Source of the DNA: an uncultured Candidatus Saccharibacteria bacterium
GTDB taxonomy: Bacteria; Patescibacteriota; Minisyncoccia; 2-02-FULL-40-12; GWA2-44-9
Assembly: GCA_964553025.1 (NCBI GenBank)
Contig: CAZKJF010000018.1
Coordinates: 1,641-65,640, forward strand
Direction of reading: 5' to 3'
Length of the DNA stretch: 64,000 nucleotides
Shown here: one piece after another, positions 17,916-25,900 of the stretch
Layout of the letters: each line of letters opens with the position of its first letter
Position numbering within the stretch: the first letter of the stretch is position 1
The notes under the pieces: generated by a model
What the model saw: only the letters and a program-made list of their open reading frames with translations
Databases searched by the model: none
What the model was told of the DNA's origin: nothing
Made by a program: the position numbers and the translations under genes

Positions 17916-19610
17916 TTAATTCACCACCGCGCGGATGCGGCGGATGCCGGCGGAGACGGCTTCTTCTTTTTTGATGGTGAAAATGCCGATTTCGCCGGTA
18001 CGGGAGACATGCGGTCCGCCGCAGAGTTCCTTGGAATATTCGCCGATTGAGTAGACCGTCACCCGTTCCGGATATTTTTGCTTGAAAAATGCCAAAGCTC
18101 CCGATCGAAGGGCCTCATCCGAGCTCATTTCCCTCTTGGTAACGGGGACATCTTTGATGATCAGGTCATTTACCCATCCTTGAACAGCCAGCAATTCTTG
18201 ATCAGTTAATTTTCGGGAAAAATTAAAATCAAATCGTAGCCGTTCAGCCGTGATATCGGATCCGTTTTGGCGAACTTCCGGGCCAAGAACAGCGCGAAGT
18301 GCTGCCTGAAGGAGATGGGTGGCGGTGTGGAGGCGGGTTTTGACGGCCATTTCAGCCGCGTCGGTGGCGGTCAGATCGCCTTCTTTTATAATGCCATGGC
18401 CGCCGAATTTCTTTTCGGCACCGGCGCGGGAAATATCCTGATGGCGCTTGCGTTCAGCCTCGAATCCCTCGCGAGTCACGCCTTCGGCTTTGGCGCCGGC
18501 GACTTCTTTGATTACTTCAAACGGCAATCCGAAACTTTCATAGAGCCGAAAAGCCGATGCATCGTCCAAGCCGGAAGATTTTTCGAGCTCCTTGATGCCG
18601 CGTTCAAGCGTGCGGGAAAACTTTTCGATTTCCCCCATGACCGTATCGGCTATTTTTGTATCATCAGCTTCATTGAAGCCATATTCTTTCGCAATTGATT
18701 CGAGGATTTTATAGATGTCGATTTTCAAGCCTTTTTCGTAATATAGTTTTTGGTACACGGCAATCCGCCGGATTAGGCGCCGCAAGACATACCCCTGGTC
18801 TTTATTGTTCGGAGTGGCGCCGTCATGGATAAGATGAGCGATGGCCCGAGAGTGGTCGGCAATGACTCGTTTTATTTTTTGCTCTAATTCGGCCGGTAAT
18901 TGATCGAAGATGTAATCAAAAAGATCGGTTTCGAAGATATTTTGCTTCTTTTGAACGACCATGGCCAGGCGTTCCAGGCCCATCCCTGTATCAATGCCCT
19001 TGGTTTGCAAGGGCTTATATTGTCCGCCCGCGGTTTTATAGAATTCATTGAATACAATGTTCCAAACTTCAAGACCGTTCACATAAATCTCAGTCGTCGG
19101 CCCGCAGGGACCTTCTTCGCCTGTAGGGCCCCAGAAGTTATCCGCGCGGCCGGAGTAGACGATTTTGAGATTCGGATCAATGGATTGCCAGATTGATTCC
19201 GATTCAGCGTCCATCGGGACGGTTTCGTCGCCCGCAAACACAGAGACAGAGTCGATCGCCAGACCCATTTCTTTGGTGATGAATTCATGTGCATAGGAAA
19301 TAGCTTCTTTTTTCCAATAGCCGCCGAAAGAAAAATTGCCGAGCATTTCGAAAAACGTCAAATGCGAGCCGTCGCCAACTTCGTCGATATCGGAAGTTCG
19401 GAGGCATTTCTGGATCGAAACCGTATTCAAAGACTCGAAATCTTTCTCTGGATCGGCGCTGCCGGTGTAGTAGGGCTTGAACTGCTGCATGCCGGCGGTC
19501 GTGAACAGAACCGAGGGATCGGTCGGCAGGAGAGATGAAGACGGCACGGCAGCATGGCCTTTGCTTCGGAAGAATTCGAGGAACTTAGTCCGGATATCCT
19601 GATGAGTCAT
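17916..19610 (-). CDS. alaS: alanine--tRNA ligase, short form (catalytic plus editing domains, C-Ala domain absent)
   Basis: N-terminus MTHQDIRTKFLEFFRSKGHAAVPSSSLLP..FTTAGMQQFKP. The editing-domain motifs HTATHLL and CGGPHV sit near the C-terminus. 564 aa. Confidence 0.85.
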   Translation of the reverse strand: MTHQDIRTKFLEFFRSKGHAAVPSSSLLPTDPSVLFTTAGMQQFKPYYTGSADPEKDFESLNTVSIQKCLRTSDIDEVGDGSHLTFFEMLGNFSFGGYWKKEAISYAHEFITKEMGLAIDSVSVFAGDETVPMDAESESIWQSIDPNLKIVYSGRADNFWGPTGEEGPCGPTTEIYVNGLEVWNIVFNEFYKTAGGQYKPLQTKGIDTGMGLERLAMVVQKKQNIFETDLFDYIFDQLPAELEQKIKRVIADHSRAIAHLIHDGATPNNKDQGYVLRRLIRRIAVYQKLYYEKGLKIDIYKILESIAKEYGFNEADDTKIADTVMGEIEKFSRTLERGIKELEKSSGLDDASAFRLYESFGLPFEVIKEVAGAKAEGVTREGFEAERKRHQDISRAGAEKKFGGHGIIKEGDLTATDAAEMAVKTRLHTATHLLQAALRAVLGPEVRQNGSDITAERLRFDFNFSRKLTDQELLAVQGWVNDLIIKDVPVTKREMSSDEALRSGALAFFKQKYPERVTVYSIGEYSKELCGGPHVSRTGEIGIFTIKKEEAVSAGIRRIRAVVN

Positions 19611-19650
19611 GATCCTTGTAATCTATCAAAATAAGGGCTTTTAGACAATA

Positions 19651-19675
19651 CAAAAGGGCCTTATGGGAAGGCCCT
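19651..19675 (-). terminator. hairpin terminator (AGGGCC-loop-GGCCCT followed on the minus strand by TTTTGTATTG)
   Basis: aagggccttatgggaaggccctt, downstream of the small GC-rich ORF. Confidence 0.45.
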
Positions 19676-19921
19676 TTGCCGACGGCGAATGCGGCGGGAA
19701 TCGTGCGGTTCGATGCCGAGTTCAGCCAGGCGTTTGACGGCCCGGGCGTGGAGCGCATCGGCGCGAGCCGCGCGAGCGTGTGAAGCGCCGCTCGCGGTGA
19801 GCGGATGTTCTTCACGCCGGACTTCGGAACGCGGAGCGGATGAAGCCGGTGCGGCGGGTTCGGAAGGAAAGATTTTGCGCGTGAGAGTTTTGATCCGCGC
19901 CAGAATTTTTTTCTTCGGCAT
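19661..19921 (-). CDS. hypothetical small Arg/Ala-rich basic protein (86 aa) in a locally GC-rich (~65%) segment; coding status uncertain
   Basis: Has its own sigma70-like promoter (TTGCAT-N17-TAAAAT on the minus strand, 19965..19937), the ORF MPKKKILARIK..., and a terminator hairpin. Confidence 0.3.
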   Translation of the reverse strand: MPKKKILARIKTLTRKIFPSEPAAPASSAPRSEVRREEHPLTASGASHARAARADALHARAVKRLAELGIEPHDSRRIRRRQRAFP

Positions 19922-19996
19922 AAGGTTCTGATTTTTATTTTAAGTTCAAAGAAAATCTCATGCAACAAAAATCTGCGGATAACTTCAAAAAAAAAT

Positions 19997-20018
19997 CGCC
20001 GCGGCGAATGCCGCGGCG
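19997..20018 (-). terminator. rho-independent terminator (9-bp GC stem, T-run on minus strand)
   Basis: cgccgcggcgaatgccgcggcg preceded on the plus strand by aaaaaaaaa. The 20022..20393 ORF ends immediately upstream. Confidence 0.65.
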
Positions 20019-20021
20019 GAC

Positions 20022-20393
20022 TCAACCGTTCGAAAGATCAGGCTGGTCGAAAAATTTTTGAATGAGATCGGGACGGATGCCGTAGAGCAATCCTTGAATC
20101 CAGGATCGGTCTCGATACGATAAGCCGGCGTTATTGATAAATCTGATGGCGTCGGCCACCCATAATTCCCGATAGAAGTAAACGATCGTTTCTTGTTCGT
20201 CGACTCTGGGAAGCCAACTTACCCCCATCAGCGCAGCCTCCGCGTTGATCTCTTTGAGCGTCTCATCAAGGCCATGCGGCACTCCGATATCGGCGAGCGG
20301 CTTAATGCCTCGGCTGACGGCCCAGATCGCTATCGAAGCTTGTCCGGCAAGGTACGAAGTTGCGTTTATCGGCCTGAACTGACCTGTCTCCAT
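20022..20393 (-). CDS. hypothetical protein (123 aa), co-transcribed downstream of the helicase-nuclease
   Basis: 24-nt gap after the helicase gene and a terminator follows. I recognise no family. Confidence 0.45.
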   Translation of the reverse strand: METGQFRPINATSYLAGQASIAIWAVSRGIKPLADIGVPHGLDETLKEINAEAALMGVSWLPRVDEQETIVYFYRELWVADAIRFINNAGLSYRDRSWIQGLLYGIRPDLIQKFFDQPDLSNG

Positions 20394-20417
20394 GCGTGCT
20401 GAGGCGAGTATAGCAAC

Positions 20418-23297
20418 CTACATCAGCCGCCGCAAGGCGCAGAATTCGCAGTCTTTATCGTCGCATGAACTGTCGAGAAGTTTTCCGGATTTAACAGTGT
20501 CGATAAGGAGTTGGACTTCTTTTTTTAGAATTTCAATGTCCGATGTTTCGATAGGAAGGGAAACAATCGGGCAACGCCCCTTGGCATCCGGTTTGATAAA
20601 TACGAGCGCCGGTTCAATCGTTTTTTTGGCGGCGCGGGGATCACCGAGTACTAATAGCTTATAGAACACTAACTGTCGGAAATAATTGCCATCATCGGTT
20701 TGGGTCTGGCCTTTGATTGCATTCACGCTCATTGCTTCGCGGGTCTTATAATCATAGATGCTTACTAAAGTACTCGATTCGATAACAGCATCAAGTTTGC
20801 CGTGTAAAAGCAACTCTCCGAACATGGTTTCTCGGCGTGTTTCAGTCGCGATAGCGCCAGATTGTCGTACATGGGCGGCTAATGCGGCTGCGACGATTGG
20901 CGCATCTTCTAATAAAGCTTCCAATGCAGGAGCTTTTTCGAAAGATGGCAGCAGCGAAGTTGAAAAATATTCTTTCACCACACGGCTGATGGTTTCGCCT
21001 ATCGTGTCTTTGGTTTTATGGGGAAGATGCCACACTGCGGCCATGGCTTCGTGCATGGCATTGCCTTTTTCGGTATTGAGGGTAGGAGCTTCGGGCAATC
21101 GGAGAATACTTTTGTAAAAAAACTTGGACGGGCAATCGCAAAAGTGATTCAATGCGGTGACTGAAAGTCCATTTTCATAGAGTACTTTCTTGGCCAGTTC
21201 GGCTGCTTCAGCGCGGCGTTTTGATGCGCGATTCATGCCATGCGGCACCGTCTGTTTCATTGACGCGGGAAGATCGGTTCGGGAAATTTTAGTCTGATCA
21301 AGTTCAGAAATAAATCGCAGCGGCGTGAGCTGACGGCTGGCATCTTCCAATGGAGAAATAATTATCAAGCGTGATCGGGCGCGAGTCAGCGCGACGTAAA
21401 ATAATCGCCGTTCATCAAGAATATTTTCGCCCTCATCGGCCTGACGCGGCAATACAAAATATTCTCCCCGCGCTCGGGGCAGCCAGGATTCTTCGACGGC
21501 GTACGGCAAAAAAACGTTATCAAACTCCAATCCTTTGGAACCGTGAGCTGTCATGACTCGGATCGGCGCCGCCGCGGCGCCGATCGAGATCTTGATGGTT
21601 CGGCTTCCCGCCGATGTTTGATACTCCAGCAATGACCGTATCAATTCAAGCGGATTATCAGGATTTGCCAGCGCAAGCTCGCCCGCAAGCGATATAATGC
21701 CGCGCCAGATTTGAGCTGCAACCGGATCGTGCTGCGCAATGCGAGTAAGGCCGGATTCGTCGCCGGCCATAATAAGATAAGCTACAGCGCCGGAATGATT
21801 TAATTCTTTGCGCAATGCCGCAACGGCTGGAATTTCCTTTTCAACATCTGCCACGAGTCCGGCTCGGAGAGATTTCACGAGTCGAATCTGTTCATCAATT
21901 GCAAAGTCCCATAACCCGCCTCCAATGCATTGCGCAAGCGACTCGACATGAGCGGGATTTGCCAGAAAATCAATCAGAGCAAAGAAAAGCCTGCCAAACG
22001 GATCAGCAAATATATCGCTCCCTCGTTCGGCGTATGCCGGTATCTCGTACTGATCAAGCAATGATAAAACTCTTTGCAGATCGCTATTCCGGCGGGTGAT
22101 GATCGCAGTCGTTTGCTTCGGATGATTATGAAGGATCGTCTGGAGCTGGGCGGCAAGATATTCATCTGCTGCCAGGTTATTCCCAGCTACCACGACATCG
22201 ACGGATTCAGTATCTTTTCGATCTGCTTCTAGGCGGATTCGAAGTTCTCTGTATTCATCCGGCGCATAATTATGTTCAATCATTGCGAAACTGGCATCAA
22301 GAATATTCTGGTGAGAGCGATAATTTTTCTTTAATCGAATGAGTTCCATTCCCTGCCATTTTTTTTGGAAACTCATAAAGTTTTCAACTGATGCACCTTG
22401 AAAGCGATAGATTGCTTGCTTTTCATCCCCCACCACAAATAAATTCGGACTATCAAAAAATTCCGCAATTAAACGAATAAGCAGATTTTGAGCATCATTG
22501 GTGTCTTGGTGTTCATCGATGAGAATATATTGGAATTTTTCTTGCAATAAGCGCAACAATAACTCATCCTGTCGGATTTTTGCAATTACTTCGATGATTA
22601 AATCATCGAAGTCGATTTTTCTCTGTTCGCGTTTTGCCGTCTCGTATCGGTCGTATATTTCAGAAAAAAGTATCGTCCGTTCGCATTTTTCAATGCGTTT
22701 GAGACCCTCCGCTTTTACCTTGCCCTTTGTTGGGCCACGGGTAGATTTCCATTCATCAGCCGTTTGAATGCGCTTGATTTCATCATATGCGAATGATCGA
22801 ACTATTTCAGGGGTCCAGGCTTCAGACTTACAGTCGCCGATTGCCCCGATAATCTTAGGAACGAACAAATCGGGATCTCCGGCAGGGCGCAGATTGTAAA
22901 ATTGCTTATCTTTTAAAATCTCACGTATGATTGTTTCGGCTTGGATTTCAGTTAGTTGTTCGGCTCGGGCGATATGAGGGAAATGATCATCAAATTCGCT
23001 GATGATCGATCTCGCAAAACCGTGATAGGTGTGTAGGCGGACACGATCAGCTGGCCCACCCATGATGAGCCGTAAGCGGCGGCGCATTTCTTTAGCGCCG
23101 GCTTCGGTGAACGTAAGTGCCAGAATATTCTCCGGCTCGGCTTGAGTTTTACGGAGAATGTTGGCGATTCGAAGGGTAAGAATCTGGGTTTTGCCGGTGC
23201 CCGGCCCCGCCACGACCATCACCGGGCCTTCCACTGCATCCACAGCTTTCTTCTGCTCCGGGTTCAGCTGGTTGTAGTACATTTCAAAGTCGGCCAT
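20418..23297 (-). CDS. UvrD/PcrA-type SF1 DNA helicase fused to a C-terminal PD-(D/E)xK nuclease with Cas4/AddB-like Cys cluster
   Basis: Walker A VVAGPGTGKTQIL and UvrD-family motifs throughout the helicase part. The C-terminus has FCDCPSKFF ... IYDYKT ... SSCDDKDCEFC, giving 1+3 Cys around a D-x-K nuclease motif. Confidence 0.75.
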   Translation of the reverse strand: MADFEMYYNQLNPEQKKAVDAVEGPVMVVAGPGTGKTQILTLRIANILRKTQAEPENILALTFTEAGAKEMRRRLRLIMGGPADRVRLHTYHGFARSIISEFDDHFPHIARAEQLTEIQAETIIREILKDKQFYNLRPAGDPDLFVPKIIGAIGDCKSEAWTPEIVRSFAYDEIKRIQTADEWKSTRGPTKGKVKAEGLKRIEKCERTILFSEIYDRYETAKREQRKIDFDDLIIEVIAKIRQDELLLRLLQEKFQYILIDEHQDTNDAQNLLIRLIAEFFDSPNLFVVGDEKQAIYRFQGASVENFMSFQKKWQGMELIRLKKNYRSHQNILDASFAMIEHNYAPDEYRELRIRLEADRKDTESVDVVVAGNNLAADEYLAAQLQTILHNHPKQTTAIITRRNSDLQRVLSLLDQYEIPAYAERGSDIFADPFGRLFFALIDFLANPAHVESLAQCIGGGLWDFAIDEQIRLVKSLRAGLVADVEKEIPAVAALRKELNHSGAVAYLIMAGDESGLTRIAQHDPVAAQIWRGIISLAGELALANPDNPLELIRSLLEYQTSAGSRTIKISIGAAAAPIRVMTAHGSKGLEFDNVFLPYAVEESWLPRARGEYFVLPRQADEGENILDERRLFYVALTRARSRLIIISPLEDASRQLTPLRFISELDQTKISRTDLPASMKQTVPHGMNRASKRRAEAAELAKKVLYENGLSVTALNHFCDCPSKFFYKSILRLPEAPTLNTEKGNAMHEAMAAVWHLPHKTKDTIGETISRVVKEYFSTSLLPSFEKAPALEALLEDAPIVAAALAAHVRQSGAIATETRRETMFGELLLHGKLDAVIESSTLVSIYDYKTREAMSVNAIKGQTQTDDGNYFRQLVFYKLLVLGDPRAAKKTIEPALVFIKPDAKGRCPIVSLPIETSDIEILKKEVQLLIDTVKSGKLLDSSCDDKDCEFCALRRLM

Positions 23298-23343
23298 ATG
23301 AACTCAGTGTACTGATTTCCGCTGAATTCCGCCAGAAGCGAAA

Positions 23344-23363
23344 GACCGCCCTTCGGGCGGTCG
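23344..23363 (-). terminator. hairpin terminator for the Cys-rich ORF
   Basis: gaccgcccttcgggcggtc followed on the minus strand by TTTCGCTTCT. Confidence 0.4.
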
Positions 23364-23387
23364 AAATAATCGGGTCAGGCATTGAAT

Positions 23388-23660
23388 TCAGGCAGCTTCC
23401 TTCAGAAGTCTTTTGGCCGACTCTATGCTCATCTTATGGCAAGCGACAAGATGATCTTTCATCCGGCCCGCCAGAATGGCGCGACCGCAGCAGCGGCATA
23501 GTCCATCACAACACGGCATCGCGTGGACAATGTCTCGATCTTCGGGGGGCTCAAAAATATGGATCGGCGCCGACATGAAACGATCATACGGGCCGCCTTT
23601 TCGAATGACTCGGTCATGGCAATCGCAATAGCATTCGTGAGCGCAGGTTACATGACTCAT
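23388..23660 (-). CDS. hypothetical Cys/His-rich metal-binding protein (90 aa, 11 Cys)
   Basis: MSHVTCAHECYCDCHD...MPCCDGLCRCCGRA...VACHK, with its own terminator. Confidence 0.45.
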   Translation of the reverse strand: MSHVTCAHECYCDCHDRVIRKGGPYDRFMSAPIHIFEPPEDRDIVHAMPCCDGLCRCCGRAILAGRMKDHLVACHKMSIESAKRLLKEAA

Positions 23661-23695
23661 AAAGAACTCTCGTTAGTATATTCCTCGGCCCGCGA

Positions 23696-24730
23696 ATGTC
23701 AAAAATATTGGCATCAAAACTTGCTGATTATCGGAATATAACGTATAATATATCTGCTATGCTGATTGATGATATTACAATTCGCGTTGTTGCCGGCAAA
23801 GGCGGCGACGGTACCGTCTCATTCAACAAAAACATGATGTCGCTCGGGCCCTCGGGAGCCTCCGGCGGCCGCGGCGGCGATGTCTATGTCGAAGGTATTT
23901 CCGACCTGGGCGCTTTGACGCGGCTTCGCCATGCCAAAGTTTTTCGCGCCGCCGACGGCGGCGTCGGCGGGCGCCAGTTCAACGATGGCTCTGACGGAGA
24001 AGATCTCGTTATTCCCGTCCCCGTCGGCACCGTTGTCCATAACCTGGAAACCAAAGAAGATGTTGAAGTGACCAAGATCGGCGAGAAAATCAAAATTGCC
24101 CGCGGCGGCCGCGGCGGCAAGGGTAATTTTCATTTCCGATCTTCGACTAATACCAGCCCCAAGCAATTCCAAGAAGGCCTGCCGGGAGAAAAATTCAAAA
24201 TCCGTCTCGAGCTCAAACTGATCGCTGATGTCGGCTTTATCGGCTTGCCCAACGCCGGCAAATCGAGTTTGCTCAATGAACTCACGCGTGCCAAAAGCAA
24301 AGTTGCCAATTACGCGTTTACCACCTTGGAACCGAATTTGGGCGTGTATTACTCCCTGATTCTAGCTGACGTGCCAGGAATCATTGAAGGCGCGGCCGAA
24401 GGCCGCGGCCTGGGCTTGAAGTTTTTGCGGCACGTGGAGCGGACAAAAACTCTCTTTCATTTAATTTCCGCCGAATCGGATGATCCGGTCCGAGATTACC
24501 GGATCATCCGTTCGGAATTAGGGCGTTATAACCAAGAGCTTCTGAACAAGAAGGAGTATCTGTTTGTCAGCAAATCGGATATTGTCGCGCCTGAAATCCT
24601 CAAAAAAACCCTCACTGCGCTTAAAAAATTGAATTCTTCCATCGCCCCAATTTCCATTCATGACGTCGATAGCCTCAAAGAAGTTCAGAAAATATTGAAC
24701 GGAATTGCAGATCAAAAAACCGCGGCCTAG
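23696..24730 (+). CDS. obg: GTPase Obg/CgtA (alternative start ATG 23758)
   Basis: Gly-rich Obg fold ITIRVVAGKGGDGTVSFNKN...GGRGGDVYV and G-domain GLPNAGKSSLLNELT...NYAFTTLEPNLGV. Confidence 0.9.
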   Translation: MSKILASKLADYRNITYNISAMLIDDITIRVVAGKGGDGTVSFNKNMMSLGPSGASGGRGGDVYVEGISDLGALTRLRHAKVFRAADGGVGGRQFNDGSDGEDLVIPVPVGTVVHNLETKEDVEVTKIGEKIKIARGGRGGKGNFHFRSSTNTSPKQFQEGLPGEKFKIRLELKLIADVGFIGLPNAGKSSLLNELTRAKSKVANYAFTTLEPNLGVYYSLILADVPGIIEGAAEGRGLGLKFLRHVERTKTLFHLISAESDDPVRDYRIIRSELGRYNQELLNKKEYLFVSKSDIVAPEILKKTLTALKKLNSSIAPISIHDVDSLKEVQKILNGIADQKTAA

Positions 24731-24743
24731 CCGCGGTTTTTTG
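24713..24743. terminator. bidirectional terminator; both convergent stop codons lie in the CTAG loop
   Basis: aaaaaaccgcggcctagccgcggtttttt: the obg TAG (24728-30) and the minus-gene stop (24727-29) share the palindromic loop. Confidence 0.7.
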
Positions 24744-25137
24744 ATCTCGGATACGAAAAGATGATCACCAGTGCTCCCGCAAGATCGGCAATCACGTCGC
24801 CGATGGTGTCCAGCGTGTCTCCGCCGTAGAAATATTTTAAAAACCAAGGCGCATACATCGGCGAATATACGGAAGACAGGTGTTCGGCGAGTTCCCAGAG
24901 CAAACCGATAGCGAGCACCAGACCGGCTGTCAGCAGCCAGGATTTTTGAACATGAAACGTCGGTTTTCGCGCCCGCAGGCATTCAATGCAAAACCACGCG
25001 GCGATCCCGCCGCCAAAGAAATGGAAAATTTTATCCAGATGCGGAATGTATGCGTAGAGATTGAACGCTCCGACGATGAATACGACAACAACGATAAAAA
25101 GACCAGCGACAAATATCGGAGCTTTAAGAGATTTCAT
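24727..25137 (-). CDS. small polytopic membrane protein (possibly VanZ-like)
   Basis: Four predicted TM segments. Last gene of the ECF-sigma/ABC operon. Confidence 0.5.
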   Translation of the reverse strand: MKSLKAPIFVAGLFIVVVVFIVGAFNLYAYIPHLDKIFHFFGGGIAAWFCIECLRARKPTFHVQKSWLLTAGLVLAIGLLWELAEHLSSVYSPMYAPWFLKYFYGGDTLDTIGDVIADLAGALVIIFSYPRSKNRG

Positions 25138-25899
25138 TTAGATTCGGCGGTAGCTGCGGACACCGAGGGGAATAAAGACAGCCAAGATCGCGATAATCCA
25201 CAGCAGCGCGTACCATACATTATCGCCCACCGGCAAGCCGAGCGCAAGCCCACGGACAACATTTACGACGTATGTAACCGGCGTATGCTCGGCAAACGCG
25301 CGAATCCAAGGCTTCATAGTCTCTACCGGGACGAAGATCGAACTGGCGAATGCCAGCGGAAATACCCAAATAAATCCGGCAACTTGGGCTGTTTCCGGAT
25401 TTTTAACGGCAAGGCCAATTGTGGCTGAAATCCACGAGAAGGCAAACCCAAACAGAGTCATGAATGCGATTGCGGCCAGGAAGTTGAAAAATCCGTGCTC
25501 AATGCGAAAACCGACAGCGAAGCCCACGCATGTCATCAAAATAATAACGAACACGTTTCGAAGCAAGTCAGAGATGGTTCTCCCGGCCAAAACCGCCGAT
25601 CGGGACATCGGCAATGATCGAAAACGGTCAATCAAGCCGTGAGAAAGGTCCGTTACCAGGCCAATTCCGGTCTGCATCGCCCCGAAGAGCACGGTTTGGA
25701 CAAGAATGCCCGGCAGCAGATAATTAATGTAGTCGCCGGAACCGGTGTTAATTGCGCCTCCGAATACGTAAGTAAAGAGAAGGAGAAACATCACTGGCTG
25801 GATCGTTGAGAATACCAGCAGCTGAGGAACGCGCAGATACAGGAGCATATTGCGTTTGGTCATCAGGCCGATATCCGAAATAGTTTGAGACAGTGTCAT
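25138..25899 (-). CDS. ABC-2 type exporter permease
   Basis: Six TM helices with an ABC-2 topology. 1-nt gap to the ATPase gene. Confidence 0.75.
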   Translation of the reverse strand: MTLSQTISDIGLMTKRNMLLYLRVPQLLVFSTIQPVMFLLLFTYVFGGAINTGSGDYINYLLPGILVQTVLFGAMQTGIGLVTDLSHGLIDRFRSLPMSRSAVLAGRTISDLLRNVFVIILMTCVGFAVGFRIEHGFFNFLAAIAFMTLFGFAFSWISATIGLAVKNPETAQVAGFIWVFPLAFASSIFVPVETMKPWIRAFAEHTPVTYVVNVVRGLALGLPVGDNVWYALLWIIAILAVFIPLGVRSYRRI

Positions 25900-25900
25900 G

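Noticed and set aside
19840-19880. Plus-strand motif gggttcggaaggaaag, resembling the SRP RNA domain IV GGAAGGAAGC consensus
   Set aside because: It is on the wrong strand relative to the promoter and terminator. The match is only partial and lacks the surrounding helix 8 complementarity. Kept only as part of the GC-rich-insert finding.
19651-19975. RNase P RNA / tmRNA candidate
   Set aside because: The minus strand carries CGAAGUCCGGCG, weakly similar to the P4 GAAAGUCCGGGC motif. No matching 3' P4 strand (ACAGAAnCCGGCUUA) or GGUGCGGUAAGAGCGCACC block is present, there are no tmRNA-like tRNA ends, and the length (~280 nt) is too short for type A RNase P.
19585-20025. 146-aa minus ORF spanning the promoter, GC-rich segment and terminator
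   Set aside because: It would read through a promoter and a hairpin terminator. It is a low-complexity Arg/Pro-rich product, so spurious.
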